A DNA stretch of 63,054 nucleotides, filler included, from Kipferlia bialata (taxonomy: Eukaryota), in assembly GCA_003568945.1 (NCBI GenBank). It is 6 parts of 6 records of this genome, joined end to end, with 100 filler letters (N's around TTAATTAATTAA, not from the genome) between each part and the next. Parts side by side here need not be neighbours in the genome. Positions count along the whole stretch, not along the records: positions 1 to 11,598 come from BDIP01001218.1; positions 11,699 to 23,295 come from BDIP01001219.1; 4 more parts are not named here. One strand, given 5' to 3'. Below, in pieces: positions 1 to 11,954 of this stretch. The position numbers and the translations under genes are program-made. Within the stretch, counting starts at the first letter, position 1. Each line of letters begins with the position of its first letter. The notes under the pieces were generated by a model. That model did no database searches and was not told the DNA's origin. It saw only the letters and a list, made by a program, of their open reading frames with translations.

Positions 1-325
1 TATGCGAGATGCTGCGGAGACAGTACAACTGTCACTGCGCATGGTCAAGCATGGCTAACAGGACCAACAACTCCAAGTATATAACAAGTGCAAACAGATC
101 TGCCGCCGAGAGAGCGGCCGAGGACGTAGTGACAGAGTGAGCGTGACACGCCCCCTCGTAATATACTAACAGTGTTCAAAATAACGTCAGCGGCACCCTT
201 AATTTCAAATAGCCAAGGCGGCCGCCCCCTTTAAATAAATTGGTAGTTCTGCCGTTTTGTGACAAAATTTGTCTCGATAGATGCCCTCTTGATAGTATAG
301 ATATCCTTTTGCGAAGAGGATATCA

Positions 326-3300
326 ATGACTATAAGGATGGTAGAGGGCTGATACGACTCTCTCTACCTCACCATATGCAGCCGCTTGGTACCAATAGTG
401 ATGCTGCCAGGCACTCAAAGAGTGAGGCACGTCAAAAGAAGCGGTCATCAAAGGTACCGAAAATGTGTCTACAGTCAGAACTTTGTCTCGTCATCCTAAA
501 CCAGGCTCTCAAGCTCCGCCGCCTGCAGGAGTACTTGTGTTCGCTTGTTGTTGGACTGGTCGTCCACGAGATTGCTAGAGACTACAAGTTGTACTCTTCT
601 CGTGCACAGCAAGCGAGCTCAGACACTGAACAATATGCAGACCTGCTAGTACAGTACATCATCTGGGATCAGAAAGCTTCTTGGGATTTTATAGTGGAAT
701 GTAAGGAAGGCAGTTGAATGGTCACCAATAATTCTTCGATTGTGTAACATTTGCGGGGACATTATATATACGTAGAGTGCTGGTGTGAATACGAGACTCT
801 CTTCAGTGAAGAATTGCCTATCTCCATACAGTTCGATTCGCCCTTAGAAGACTCTTGCAACTTGAATGTACTGACTGTCTATAGACTTTCATCTCCTCTT
901 TATGAGTACAGAATCTATGAATTGTGTCTCCTCTCCTGTCTCCTTGCTTTCAGCTAACTTCAGATGTATATGATCGCTGTGGGAAGCCAGAGACTGGAGA
1001 TCCTGCTCCTCCCCCTCCTGATGGTGAGTACAATACTGTGATGAGCATACATGGTCACCATCACTGATGAGGTCTCTAGTAGGGAGTCTCCATGTTTACA
1101 GCGACTCTCATTGGATGTTCTTTACTCACTGTGACACATTTTGTTTGCACTGCTGACTTCTTTAGTTAGGGAATACGTGAGAAGCTTCACGAGCGGCATC
1201 AATGTGAGTCGTGTTTGGGTATGGCTGGGACCTAAGATAGCAGAAGGTGATTCTCCTTCACCATCCAATCTATTACATCTGTGGGTCCTGCACGTCACTA
1301 TACCACTACCTGGGTATCACACTGTACATTTGTTAGCGACTGATTCAGTTTCAGAATGACTCTCCTCTAACAATACAAGACACAGTATGCGTCCCCACTT
1401 GGTGAGTTCCTCCTTATCCCCAGGTGTGCTCCAGAACTCTGAACTTGAACTCACCAATGAGGATGAGGCCGTAATGCGGTCCCTTCATACGAGTAGGTAT
1501 GAGTATAGTAAGACACATGTATATACGTAATGTGCATGACTCTATTGCTAACACATCCTTCAAATCCAGATGGACAGTGTTTACGTGCGCTCTATGCTGA
1601 GTTTTGTAACTTTCAGGACGCGAAAGGAGGCATATGATCGCGTCACTGAACGTCCAGTGGTAATGGACTGGCCAGAGCCCGCCATTGGCACGCCTGATTC
1701 CGTCAGGCAGTCTGACAGGTACATAATAGGTTATGATTCCTAACACAGTGTAACAATCGGCCACACTTACTCTAGCGGCGCCACACCCACTTCTACCATC
1801 GAGCCACAGACAACACCCTCTCGTTCATCCCTCACAGTCTCTTCCAAAGTCACGCAACTCCATGCTGGGACCTTGGTGCGCTCTGATCACAACAGCTCTG
1901 ATGGCAGTGTGCCTGACTCGGTGCCTGAGCCAGACACTGGTACACCTGAGGTATTCACTCTGATATTAGGAGTACTGTATGTCTAGCACCGTCGATATCA
2001 TATTATGAGACTGATATAGTCTATTGAATGAGTATCACTCTCCTCTATGTCAAGGCGCAACCACTCTCATGCTAGAGTATACGTTCTATCTAGCAATTAC
2101 AGACACTAGTGCTTACCGCAGGTACCAACCAGTGGTGAGACGGAGAGGGACACTGGACCTCAGATACCAGGACCTGCCACAAGCCAATCAGAAGAGCCGC
2201 AACATTATACTGAGACCTTGGTGCGCTCTGATCACAACAGCTCTGATGGGAGTGTGCCTGACTCGGTGCCAGAGCCAGACACTGGTACACCTGAGGTAGA
2301 TTGTTATCTTCGTACACAGTGCCCTTCCATTCCTCTTACACAATGACTATGTACTCTGCATGCTGTCTACCTGCACCTATTATTGAGTCTCACAGCAGCT
2401 GACTGACACAACAACCAACGAGCTGCCCTCTGGCCTAGAGAGCCTCTCTAGGATGGCATGGTTTCCCAGGTAACTCTATCTTGTACCAATTAGGTCCATG
2501 GTGATGCAGCAATACCACTACTATTACTCCACCATCATAACGAGTCTCTTCAAATCTCATAGCCAGCGGTCCCTTCATCACCTGGCTCATAGCCGCTAAC
2601 ATGGTCGATCCTTACGCAAATGCATACAGGGTAAGGTTAAGATGAGTCTGGCATACTAGAGTACGGTATGGCTCGATCTGGGTATCTCAGGTGTACATGT
2701 TTCTAAAGTTAACATCAAATCTTCTGTAAGATACTACTGTACAGTGTTACTACTAACCTCAGCCACTCCGTAAGGCTCCAGTTGCTCCAACCTGGTTCAA
2801 CCACAACAGGGTCTGTCATCTGTTAATCTGTTAATAGTTAATTATGTCACATAATTACTATGTGTACTGAAGTCCCACTTTGGTGAACCATTACTCCTTA
2901 CCCCAAGTCGAAGATGCAAGGGATCCCTCTGCAGCTGCTCATAGAGACACACAAGGAAAATCGCATCAAGATATTCTCTCCACACGCTGCTACCACCACT
3001 TCTCCAGGATCATTCATTGAGCTGCGGTAGGACTGATACAATATATACGCTGGTCACGTTGTGATCATCACAGTGTGATGGTCACTGTCTCTAGGTAGCG
3101 ACTGGGGTTCCCATGGATTGCCGTTTGTCTCTAATACAGGTGGGAGTTTCTGAGTCTCGAGGAGGCCATAAGCCACGCAATGGTTACCGTCCGTCTCCAC
3201 AAGGCAGAAGAACGAGAGTATGTCATCTATATAGTGCCATACTATATATCCATATATACATTTGATAATATACTGTAATTCATAGAATAGCTACTCATAG

Positions 3301-4740
3301 CGTGACGCTACACTTCAAGAACCCCACTGGCATAATATATGTAGCATAATGTTGTATCAACGGATACATATACTATGGTGTTTGATTGGCCAAGCTAGGG
3401 AGACTGCCCATAGACAGTATTGGCAGCGTACCATATAACACTCTTTCAGCTGTAGAGAGCACATTGTAATAGTATGTACCTATACACTCAGGCACTAGTC
3501 AGGTGACTATATAATCATATACCACCCTGGTGAGGGTCACACCACACTACCATAAAATCCAGCTTCACTTCATACTTTACGCACCTATATAGACAAAATA
3601 CTAGCCCTATATGCTCATGAGCAGTGTTCAGTCCCCAACGTCCAGCCGTGGGACCATCAATCTGAGAACAGTGGACAACCATGGTCTCATGTACTACGGC
3701 ATACCTGCTGAGACACCAGCTGGGGACTACATCATTACCGTGTCAAGGTGGCATTGGATAAGAAGTGTACTAGTGTTATTCACAGTGACACCTAATTGAC
3801 ACCTAACGCCAGCACGGAGCAGCCCTCGACAGCCAACGCCAGTCCAATGTATGTGTTCGGGGAGTCAACGGTCTTCCATGTCATAGAGTCGCAGCATGAG
3901 TCGCTGCGTTCTCCCTCTGCCTGCTTGTCACAATATGGAGCTCTGACCAGTCTTGGATTTGGTCAGAGCTGGAAGTTAAAGGGTAGCAGACTGGACTCAA
4001 GACTATACAAGGCATTTGCTGACATCGATGCTGCCAAGGTGATATATTGTTACTGAATACTATCCGGCATTGACTACATAACGTAAATGTCATGAATGTG
4101 TTACATCCACCAGTCAGTACTCCCACACAGTCAAGTACTTCTAATTTCAGACCGAAGAAGGCAAGCATGCTGCAGTAGAGGCCGGAAAGAGACTCGTCCC
4201 AGAGGTCACGGAGTATGAGGTATCGTATACTATCGGAAATGTGTTCATAATTTCCCAACCCATGCGTCCGACTGCCAGGACTGTTTTGAGCTCCTTGACG
4301 CTATCAATCTGATGATGGACCTCCACTACCTATACAAGACGGAAGAGTGCTGTATTGCGGTAACCCAAGCTGGGATTGAAGGAGTGAGTGACTGGGGTAC
4401 CGTCACAAATATGATCGGAAACCATCAGGCCACTGTCTCCTCGCCCCAATCATCTGCAGAAGAGAAGGCGCTGGCTTCACGCTCTATTCTCTCCCTCATC
4501 CACCAACTCCAGCCATACCTGTCGTTACCCATCATGAGCCAAAGTGGGATGACCTCTCACCGCAACATCATCATCCACCCTCGTAAGCAGAGGGCTCTTG
4601 ACCACAACGAGTCCATCGAACTGGTGCAACAGATTATCACCGGGGAGCTCAGAGTACCCCCAGAGTACCCTTACGCCAGAGTCTTCTACTCCATGGCTCT
4701 AGCAGTGAGACGCCTTATGATGGAGGCCTCTCTAATGTAG
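326..4740 (+). CDS. Multi-exon gene of unknown function (about 15+ exons; start and a few internal exons uncertain)
   Basis: Phase-compatible GT-AG exons with branch-like motifs next to the AG, e.g. ~1424-1496 (VLQNSELELTNEDEAVMRSLHTS), ~1617-1718, 1775-1950, 2122-2295, ~2567-2630 (GPFITWLIAANMVDPYANAYR), ~2907-3026, ~3624-3748, ~3813-4038, ~4151-4219 and last exon ~4279-4740 ending TAG. No family recognised. Confidence 0.6.
1869..2295 (+). repeat. 82-bp direct repeat (1869-1950 and 2214-2295) forming the 3' ends of two consecutive exons
   Basis: Both copies encode TLVRSDHNSSDGSVPDSVPEPDTGTPE and are followed by GTA. They differ only by GGC/GGG and CCT/CCA. Confidence 0.9.
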
Positions 4741-5415
4741 ACCTCAGATCTTTGATGTCTGACATAGTAAGAGACCATTATTAAGAGAGAATGGGACATT
4801 GATTCGATAAGGCACACCATGTACACATGAAGTATCTTGTCATTGTCACTCTCTAACAGCCACAATATAGGACAGACGCTACTAGCCCTAGTGCTGAGTT
4901 TGACTTCAATTTGATACACAAAAGAGTCTGAATCGAACAGACTTCTATGTGTTAATACACCCAGTCTATATGTCTCATGATGAGAGTCACCATTCTGACA
5001 TATGTTGAGGTGATAGGGAAAAGTAATGCTCATTGGGCATTCGTGTATGTATTATGTAAAGCCTGTAGTACACCCCTCCTTGAGCATGTCTCAGCTTATG
5101 GTTGTTGACTCAAGACTCTTGTGCATGTTGCTTTGATCTCCTGCTAAATTGCAGGTCAATTAAGCATTTTGCTGTACCCACTTCTCTGTTACAGAGCACT
5201 GAGATCATTTAGAATACTCTCAGCGACAGTACTCACTTCTGGTTCTCGTCTCAAACAGGAAATTATATGGTCTATGGATGAGGAATGGATAGTCTATCAT
5301 ACGGCACCTTCTAGGGATCTTGTTCAGACGTTCTATTGATACACAATAATGTAATAATGAATGGACGGGTGGCACTGTTCATATAACCGAACCATCTCTC
5401 TCTCCCCCTCCCTCC

Positions 5416-5460
<45 letters not shown>

Positions 5461-5514
5461 TCTCTCTCCCTACACCCCTATTAGTATGGGTCACTTGAGT
5501 CTGCCTCGTCATCC

Positions 5515-5559
<45 letters not shown>

Positions 5560-5634
5560 TACACCCTTAGTATGGGTCACTTGAGTCTGCCTCGTCATCC
5601 TCATCCCCCCCCCTCTCTCTCTCCCCCTACACCC

Positions 5635-5719
5635 TTAATATGGGTCACTTGAGTCTGCCTCGTCATCCTCATCTGCCACCAGCATCCTGGGTCTGTTGGG
5701 GTTGCCTAGGGGTTAGTAC

Positions 5720-5759
<40 letters not shown>

Positions 5760-6024
5760 GGATATATATAGAGAGAGAGAAAGAGAGTATATAAATATAG
5801 AGAGAGTATATATATATAGAGAGAGAGAGAGAGACTCTATTCTGCCACCAGCATCCTGGGTCTGTTGGTGTTGCCTGTGTATTAGTAGTAGAATGTATAC
5901 ACACACATATATATGTGTATATAAATATATACATAGGTATGTATATAAACCCACATACTAATATATATATATACATATCTATATTTACATACCATCCTCC
6001 ATGTAGTCATGTGCGTCCATCTCC

Positions 6025-6065
<41 letters not shown>

Positions 6066-6795
6066 CACATATATACATATCTATATATACTCACCGTCTT
6101 CCATGTAGTCCTGTGCGTCCATCTCCTCATCTGACACATGCTCATCCACAAAGAGGGTACTCCTAAGATTAGTTATATATATGGCCACACCATACATATA
6201 TATAGTATATATACAGAATATGAATATATATATATATATATATAGTATTCCATCTCCTCGTCTGACACATGCTCATCCACAAAGAGGGGGCTCCTAATAG
6301 TAAGTATGACGTATATATACACATATATATGTGTGTGTGTGAATGTATTCATCGTAGTACAATAAATGTATACATAGACACTTATACATATATTATATAT
6401 ACAAAACATATAGAGATCCCACCGGACAAACAGAGGGCTCCTAAATATGACTGACTGTACATGTATAGTGTCGAATCTCCATCTGTGAATGAAATCAATA
6501 TATAGAATATAGGGGGCTTCTTCAGGGTTATAAATATATTGGAATACGTATATAGATAGTATATATACTTCTCATTCGTCACACACAAATATTCACTACT
6601 TACTTGTACTTCTGTATATATATGTATATATGTATATGTATACATGTACTTCTGTATATTGTATGACGTACCACTTCTCTGGCTGGTTCTGCTGGCTCAT
6701 GGTGACCTAGGGTTAGTAATATATATATATATATTTATATATATACATATATATATAGAGAGAGAGATGCTCATGGTGACCTAGGGTTAGTAATG

Positions 6796-6839
<44 letters not shown>

Positions 6840-7013
6840 GCTCATAGTGACCTCGGGGTGAATAAGGGTGCAGAAAGAGAGAGAGACAGAGAGCCAGAGC
6901 GAGAGGGATTACCTGCGCATATGAGAGTGTAGGAATACAAATATATGAACAAATATACGTAGACTACATAATAAACACCTGATCCCACCAGCACACTGGA
7001 TATCAGCCCCTTG

Positions 7014-7051
<38 letters not shown>

Positions 7052-7171
7052 CTATATATATATATGTACACACCTGGTCTCCCACCAGCACACTTGATAT
7101 CAGCCCCTTCACCTCTCTGCTGTTGACAGAGTCACCATCCATAGGGAGATCAGCTGATATAAGGGTGTAGG

Positions 7172-7206
<35 letters not shown>

Positions 7207-8760
7207 ATAATATAGTGGATATTAGTAAGCATATTCATTGGTATATACCTGTCTCTCCCTCTGCTCTCTTAAACACACAGAAGTGCCCCCGACGGAGCCA
7301 AAGGAGCTTGTTGAAGCTGGGAATAAGGGTGTAGAGGGAGAGAGAGACAGTCAGAGTATATAGGGTAACCTGTGGGGAGTCAATTGTCACACAATGTATA
7401 TATTCAATAATTACTAAATTAGTGTTAGTGTTAGTGTATGCAGAGACACATGGACCGAGTACCAAGGAGTAGCCCCCCCCCCCCCCCAATCCCCCATATC
7501 TATCTACACATATGTAGAAGTATATAGATGCATATATATACATATGTATGTATATAGACCCTTTCATACTGTATAGACATGGAGAGAGAGAGAGGGGCAT
7601 ACCGTGTGGGCAGCAGGGCAAGGAGAAGGGAGAGTATATATAAATATTGTATNNNNNNNNNNNNNNNNNNNNNNNNNNNNNNNNNNNNNNNNNNNNNNNN
7701 NNNNNNNNNNNNNNNNNNNNNNNNNNNNNNNNNNNNNNNNNNNNNNNNNNNNNNNNNNNNNNNNNNNNNNNNNNNNNNNNNNNNNNNNNNNNNNNNNNNN
7801 NNNNNNNNNNNNNNNNNNNNNNNNNNNNNNNNNNNNNNNNNNNNNNNNNNNNNNNNNNNNNNNNNNNNNNNNNNNNNNNNNNNNNNNNNNNNNNNNNNNN
7901 NNNNNNNNNNNNNNNNNNNNNNNNNNNNNNNNNNNNNNNNNNNNNNNNNNNNNNNNNNNNNNNNNNNNNNNNNNNNNNNNNNNNNNNNNNNNNNNNNNNN
8001 NNNNNNNNNNNNNNNNNNNNNNNNNNNNNNNNNNNNNNNNNNNNNNNNNNNNNNNNNNNNNNNNNNNNNNNNNNNNNNNNNNNNNNNNNNNNNNNNNNNN
8101 NNNNNNNNNNNNNNNNNNNNNNNNNNNNNNNNNNNNNNNNNNNNNNNNNNNNNNNNNNNNNNNNNNNNNNNNNNNNNNNNNNNNNNNNNNNNNNNNNNNN
8201 NNNNNNNNNNNNNNNNNNNNNNNNNNNNNNNNNNNNNNNNNNNNNNNNNNNNNNNNNNNNNNNNNNNNNNNNNNNNNNNNNNNNNNNNNNNNNNNNNNNN
8301 NNNNNNNNNNNNNNNNNNNNNNNNNNNNNNNNNNNNNNNNNNNNNNNNNNNNNNNNNNNNNNNNNNNNNNNNNNNNNNNNNNNNNNNNNNNNNNNNNNNN
8401 NNNNNNNNNNNNNNNNNNNNNNNNNNNNNNNNNNNNNNNNNNNNNNNNNNNNNNNNNNNNNNNNNNNNNNNNNNNNNNNNNNNNNNNNNNNNNNNNNNNN
8501 NNNNNNNNNNNNNNNNNNNNNNNNNNNNNNNNNNNNNNNNNNNNNNNNNNNNNNNNNNNNNNNNNNNNNNNNNNNNNNNNNNNNNNNNNNNNNNNNNNNN
8601 NNNNNNNNNNNNNNNNNNNNNNNNNNNNNNNNNNNNNNNNNNNNNNNNNNNAGAGATAGAGAGAGAGAGAGAGACATACCGTGTGGGCAGCAGGGCAAGG
8701 AGAAGGTCTCCGTTGCCATCCTGGAGCTCAAAGAGGTTGCCCCCTGATATAAGGGTGTAG

Positions 8761-8791
<31 letters not shown>

Positions 8792-9620
8792 CCCAAAGAG
8801 GTTGCCCCCTGATATAAGGGTGTAGGGGGGGGGAGAGAGAGAGAGGGAGAGAGAGAGATGGGGGTCAAAGAGGTTGATATCTGTATTGTATTCATATATA
8901 GTTATTCTAGAGTAAGAAGAGGGTACGTAGTATATGAACCCTGGTACCGGGGCTCTCACACACTTTCCAATGCCCCCCTGGCTAAATCTATATATACTAC
9001 ATATACTATACTATCTATATATACTACATATATAGTATACCTCCTGCTAAGCGAGACAGACGAGGGCATACATATGTATATATATATAGTACACTGGTAC
9101 CTGCGGCTCTCACACACTTTCCAATCTCCTCCTCGCTCGGTATCTCGGGGCACTCCTGGAGTGCCTGGAATAAGGGTATAGAGAGAGAGGGTGGGGAGGG
9201 GGGGGTTGGCATCTCAAGACCTGCGCTGTACATATGTATTCATATATGAAGAGAGAGAGAGAGAGAGAGAGAGAGCCAGAGAGGGTGGTTACCCCAGGGT
9301 ACTCCTGGAGTTCCTGGTTCGTGTGAATTGAAAATATATCGAGGGAGAGAAGGAGAGAGAGACAGACATACTTATGGTCAATTTGGATAGAGATACACAG
9401 GGAGGACAATGGAATCCACTGCACAGTACATCATAACCCTTTGCCTTTCTTTATACACATATGTATATGTATAGAGACAGAATAACGCACACGGGGAGGA
9501 TGGGATGCAGAATGTAGCAGAGACAGTGTCAGATGATGACAAGCAGAGTAGCGTGAGGGATTGGACGGGGAGGGAAACACCGCCTACCTGAATCACATGC
9601 TTGCGTGCTTTTGATGCCAT
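5635..9620 (-). CDS. EIF1AD: EIF1AD (eIF1A-domain/S1-like RNA-binding protein), 8 exons
   Basis: Spliced translation MASKARKHVIQ|ALQECPEIPSEEEIGKCVRAA|GGNLFELQDGNGDLLLALLPT|RFNKLLWLRRGHFCVFKRAEGET|ADLPMDGDSVNSREVKGLISSVLVGDQ|VTMSQQNQPEK|WSTLFVDEHVSDEEMDAQDYMED|GNPNRPRMLVADEDDEADSSDPY*. Matches EIF1AD hallmarks (RKHV start, GxNLxE, P-x-R/K-F-x-K-x-x-W-x-x-RG, NxNR before an acidic tail). Confidence 0.88.
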
Positions 9621-9728
9621 ATAGGGGACTGGAGGGTTACACTTGGTTGTAGACTGCGGGAGTTTCTAAGAGGCACAAGGAGAGTGGTGACTCACCACTT
9701 GAGATCACTCCGTTTGGATTCGTGTTTT

Positions 9729-10105
9729 TTGATCTAGATTTGTAAAAGGGTCCAGTACCTTGTTAATGGACCCAGTCAGACAAACCGACACAGTAAACTC
9801 AACATAAACCAAATAATTTCAGCATTTAGTCCTCTAAATAATACAAATGGGTGGGACGAATATTGATAGGTGTGTTTAGACTGCTCCAACATCTCTGAAT
9901 AAAAGGGTCTAGGTCAGAAATGGGTTGTTAAGAGTGGGCTGCCAAGGATGGCTAACCCTACACCCCTAATAGAGTATGGTGAGGGTGAACGGAATGGGTT
10001 GGGGGGCAGTCTAACGCCTGATTGTCTCAATGGCAGAAATGGTCTCTGAACAAAGGGTCTAGGTCAGAAATGGTTTCTGTCAAAAGGGTCCAAATCTAGA
10101 ATCAA
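9729..10105. repeat. Intergenic element with imperfect terminal inverted repeats and internal direct repeats (MITE-like or promoter repeat)
   Basis: TTGATCTAGATTTG (9729-9742) versus CAAATCTAGAATCAA (10091-10105), one indel. AAAGGGTCTAGGTCAGAAATGG occurs at ~9902 and ~10052. AAAGGGTC occurs four times. Confidence 0.35.
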
Positions 10106-10151
10106 GTGCAGTGGATACATCTGGTATCACGCCACTTGGATCTGAATCTGC

Positions 10152-10201
<50 letters not shown>

Positions 10202-10281
10202 TCACACTAACTTGGGAGTGTTAGTTTCCTCTCTCTCTCTCTACACACACAGACGGTTGACTCTGGGAGCACGTACGGAGC

Positions 10282-10313
<32 letters not shown>

Positions 10314-10318
<5 letters not shown>

Positions 10319-11551
10319 CTGAGTACTCTGTGTCTGAGTACCCACCTCTCTCAGGCTCAGAGGAGATGAGGACTCTCTGCCTCCTAGGGGGAAGGCGGGT
10401 CTGGCCTGGTATTGGTATATATGTAATGAGTATATACACATTATATATACACTATATATATATACTATACACATACCTAGTGCCATCAGGGGATCACTCT
10501 CTCTCTCCCCCTCACTCTCTCTCTCTGCATAGGAGAGTGTGTCACTATCCTCCACCCCGTATGTCTCTCTCTCTCCCTCTCTCTCTCTCTCTCCCTCTGA
10601 ATCTCCCTCTGTCTCCTCCTTCTCCTCAACAGTGGGCAGGGCAACAAGGCCATTGAAGCCTAGAGGTTAGTAATACTAAAAGTAGTGTAACTATATATAC
10701 ATATATATAATTATATAATTATATAGTAATGTAAATATTCATCCTCTTCTACAGTGGGCAGGGCCAACAAGGCCATTGAAGCCTAGGAGTAAGAATATAT
10801 CATATTGATAAATACTCATTAGTTAAGTACATATTTACATACATCCATATCTAGGACTGGTTTGGTTAAGTAACTACATATGCATACCTATACATATGGT
10901 TAAGAATATACATATATACATATACACATCACCATACCTAGGGATGGGTCCAGGACCTCGGCACCGACCATGTATAGTAATATATACATAATACAATATA
11001 CAACAAATATACAATAAGAGAAAGTACCAACACATGTTTTGTGATATATATACACATCCATACCTAATATAACAATTATTTACATATTTACATACCTAGT
11101 GCTGGGTCCAGGACCTCGGCACCGATGTTGACTAGCAGGGTGCCTGGGATGAGGAATATATACGTATACATATATACATATATATAGTATATGTATATAT
11201 ATTGTATGTTGTATATATTAGCACAGATATTGACTAGCAGGGTGCCTGGGATGAGTTATATATACACACAAATCCAATGCTCAATACTGAGTACGCAAGT
11301 ATAACATAAACATTGAACTCTACTATTATATAGTACACATACCATCGTCAGAGTGCACTAGCAGAGTGTTGGCATCGAATGCTGCCCCCCTATAGTACAT
11401 TGTATAGTATATGTATATAGTGTGTATATATATAATAGTACATACCATCATCTGAGTGCACTAGCAGTGTGTTGGCATCGAATGCTGCCCCTCTACCAGA
11501 CACAAACACATTGGGAGAGCCTGCCCACTCTCTGGCACGGTGCGAGGGGGA
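10314..11551 (-). CDS. 3' part (last 4 exons) of an unknown protein with acidic/ER-rich C-terminus; 5' end cut by contig end
   Basis: SPSHRAREWAGSPNVFVSGRGAAFDANTLLVHSDD|GTLLVNIGAEVLDPAL|GFNGLVALPTVEEKEETEGDSEGERERE...DPLMAL|GQTRLPPRRQRVLISSEPERGGYSDTEYSD*; consistent phases, TGA at 10314-10316. Confidence 0.7.
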
Positions 11552-11598
11552 CTGAAGGGTTAGACTAATGGTAAATAGCATATATAGTATATGTAGTA

Positions 11599-11698
11599 NN
11601 NNNNNNNNNNNNNNNNNNNNNNNNNNNNNNNNNNNNNNNNNNTTAATTAATTAANNNNNNNNNNNNNNNNNNNNNNNNNNNNNNNNNNNNNNNNNNNN
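11599..11698. other. Artificial contig-joining linker
   Basis: 44 N + TTAATTAATTAA (stops in all six frames) + 44 N. Confidence 0.97.
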
Positions 11699-11713
11699 GG
11701 GGGGGGGTGGTGT

Positions 11714-11763
<50 letters not shown>

Positions 11764-11954
11764 GGATCACATCCACATCCATTAATACCATACTAATGCA
11801 GAGTCATATTCTATACGGTCTGATAGTACGAACTGTCTCCACACCATACCCTGAGAAGTGTACGCACCAATACCAACAGGTATTATGTCTAGTAACACAT
11901 GATTGCATACTGCCTGATCTCGGACTCAGTCTCCTCTACAATACATACACATAC

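Noticed and set aside
1402..1423. Possible 22-nt mini-intron GTGAGTTCCTCCTTATCCCCAG
   Set aside because: I could not establish a phase-compatible upstream exon; an earlier donor can use the same acceptor
1..5300. Initial impression of a decayed transposon or viral insert
   Set aside because: No RT, transposase or integrase motifs; the region resolves into phase-consistent spliced exons of a cellular-type gene
11699..11762. Long G runs (also ~35086-35134, 54540-54732, window end) as G-quadruplex or telomere signals
   Set aside because: Homopolymers at contig ends where assembly breaks; lengths unreliable and no tandem telomeric unit
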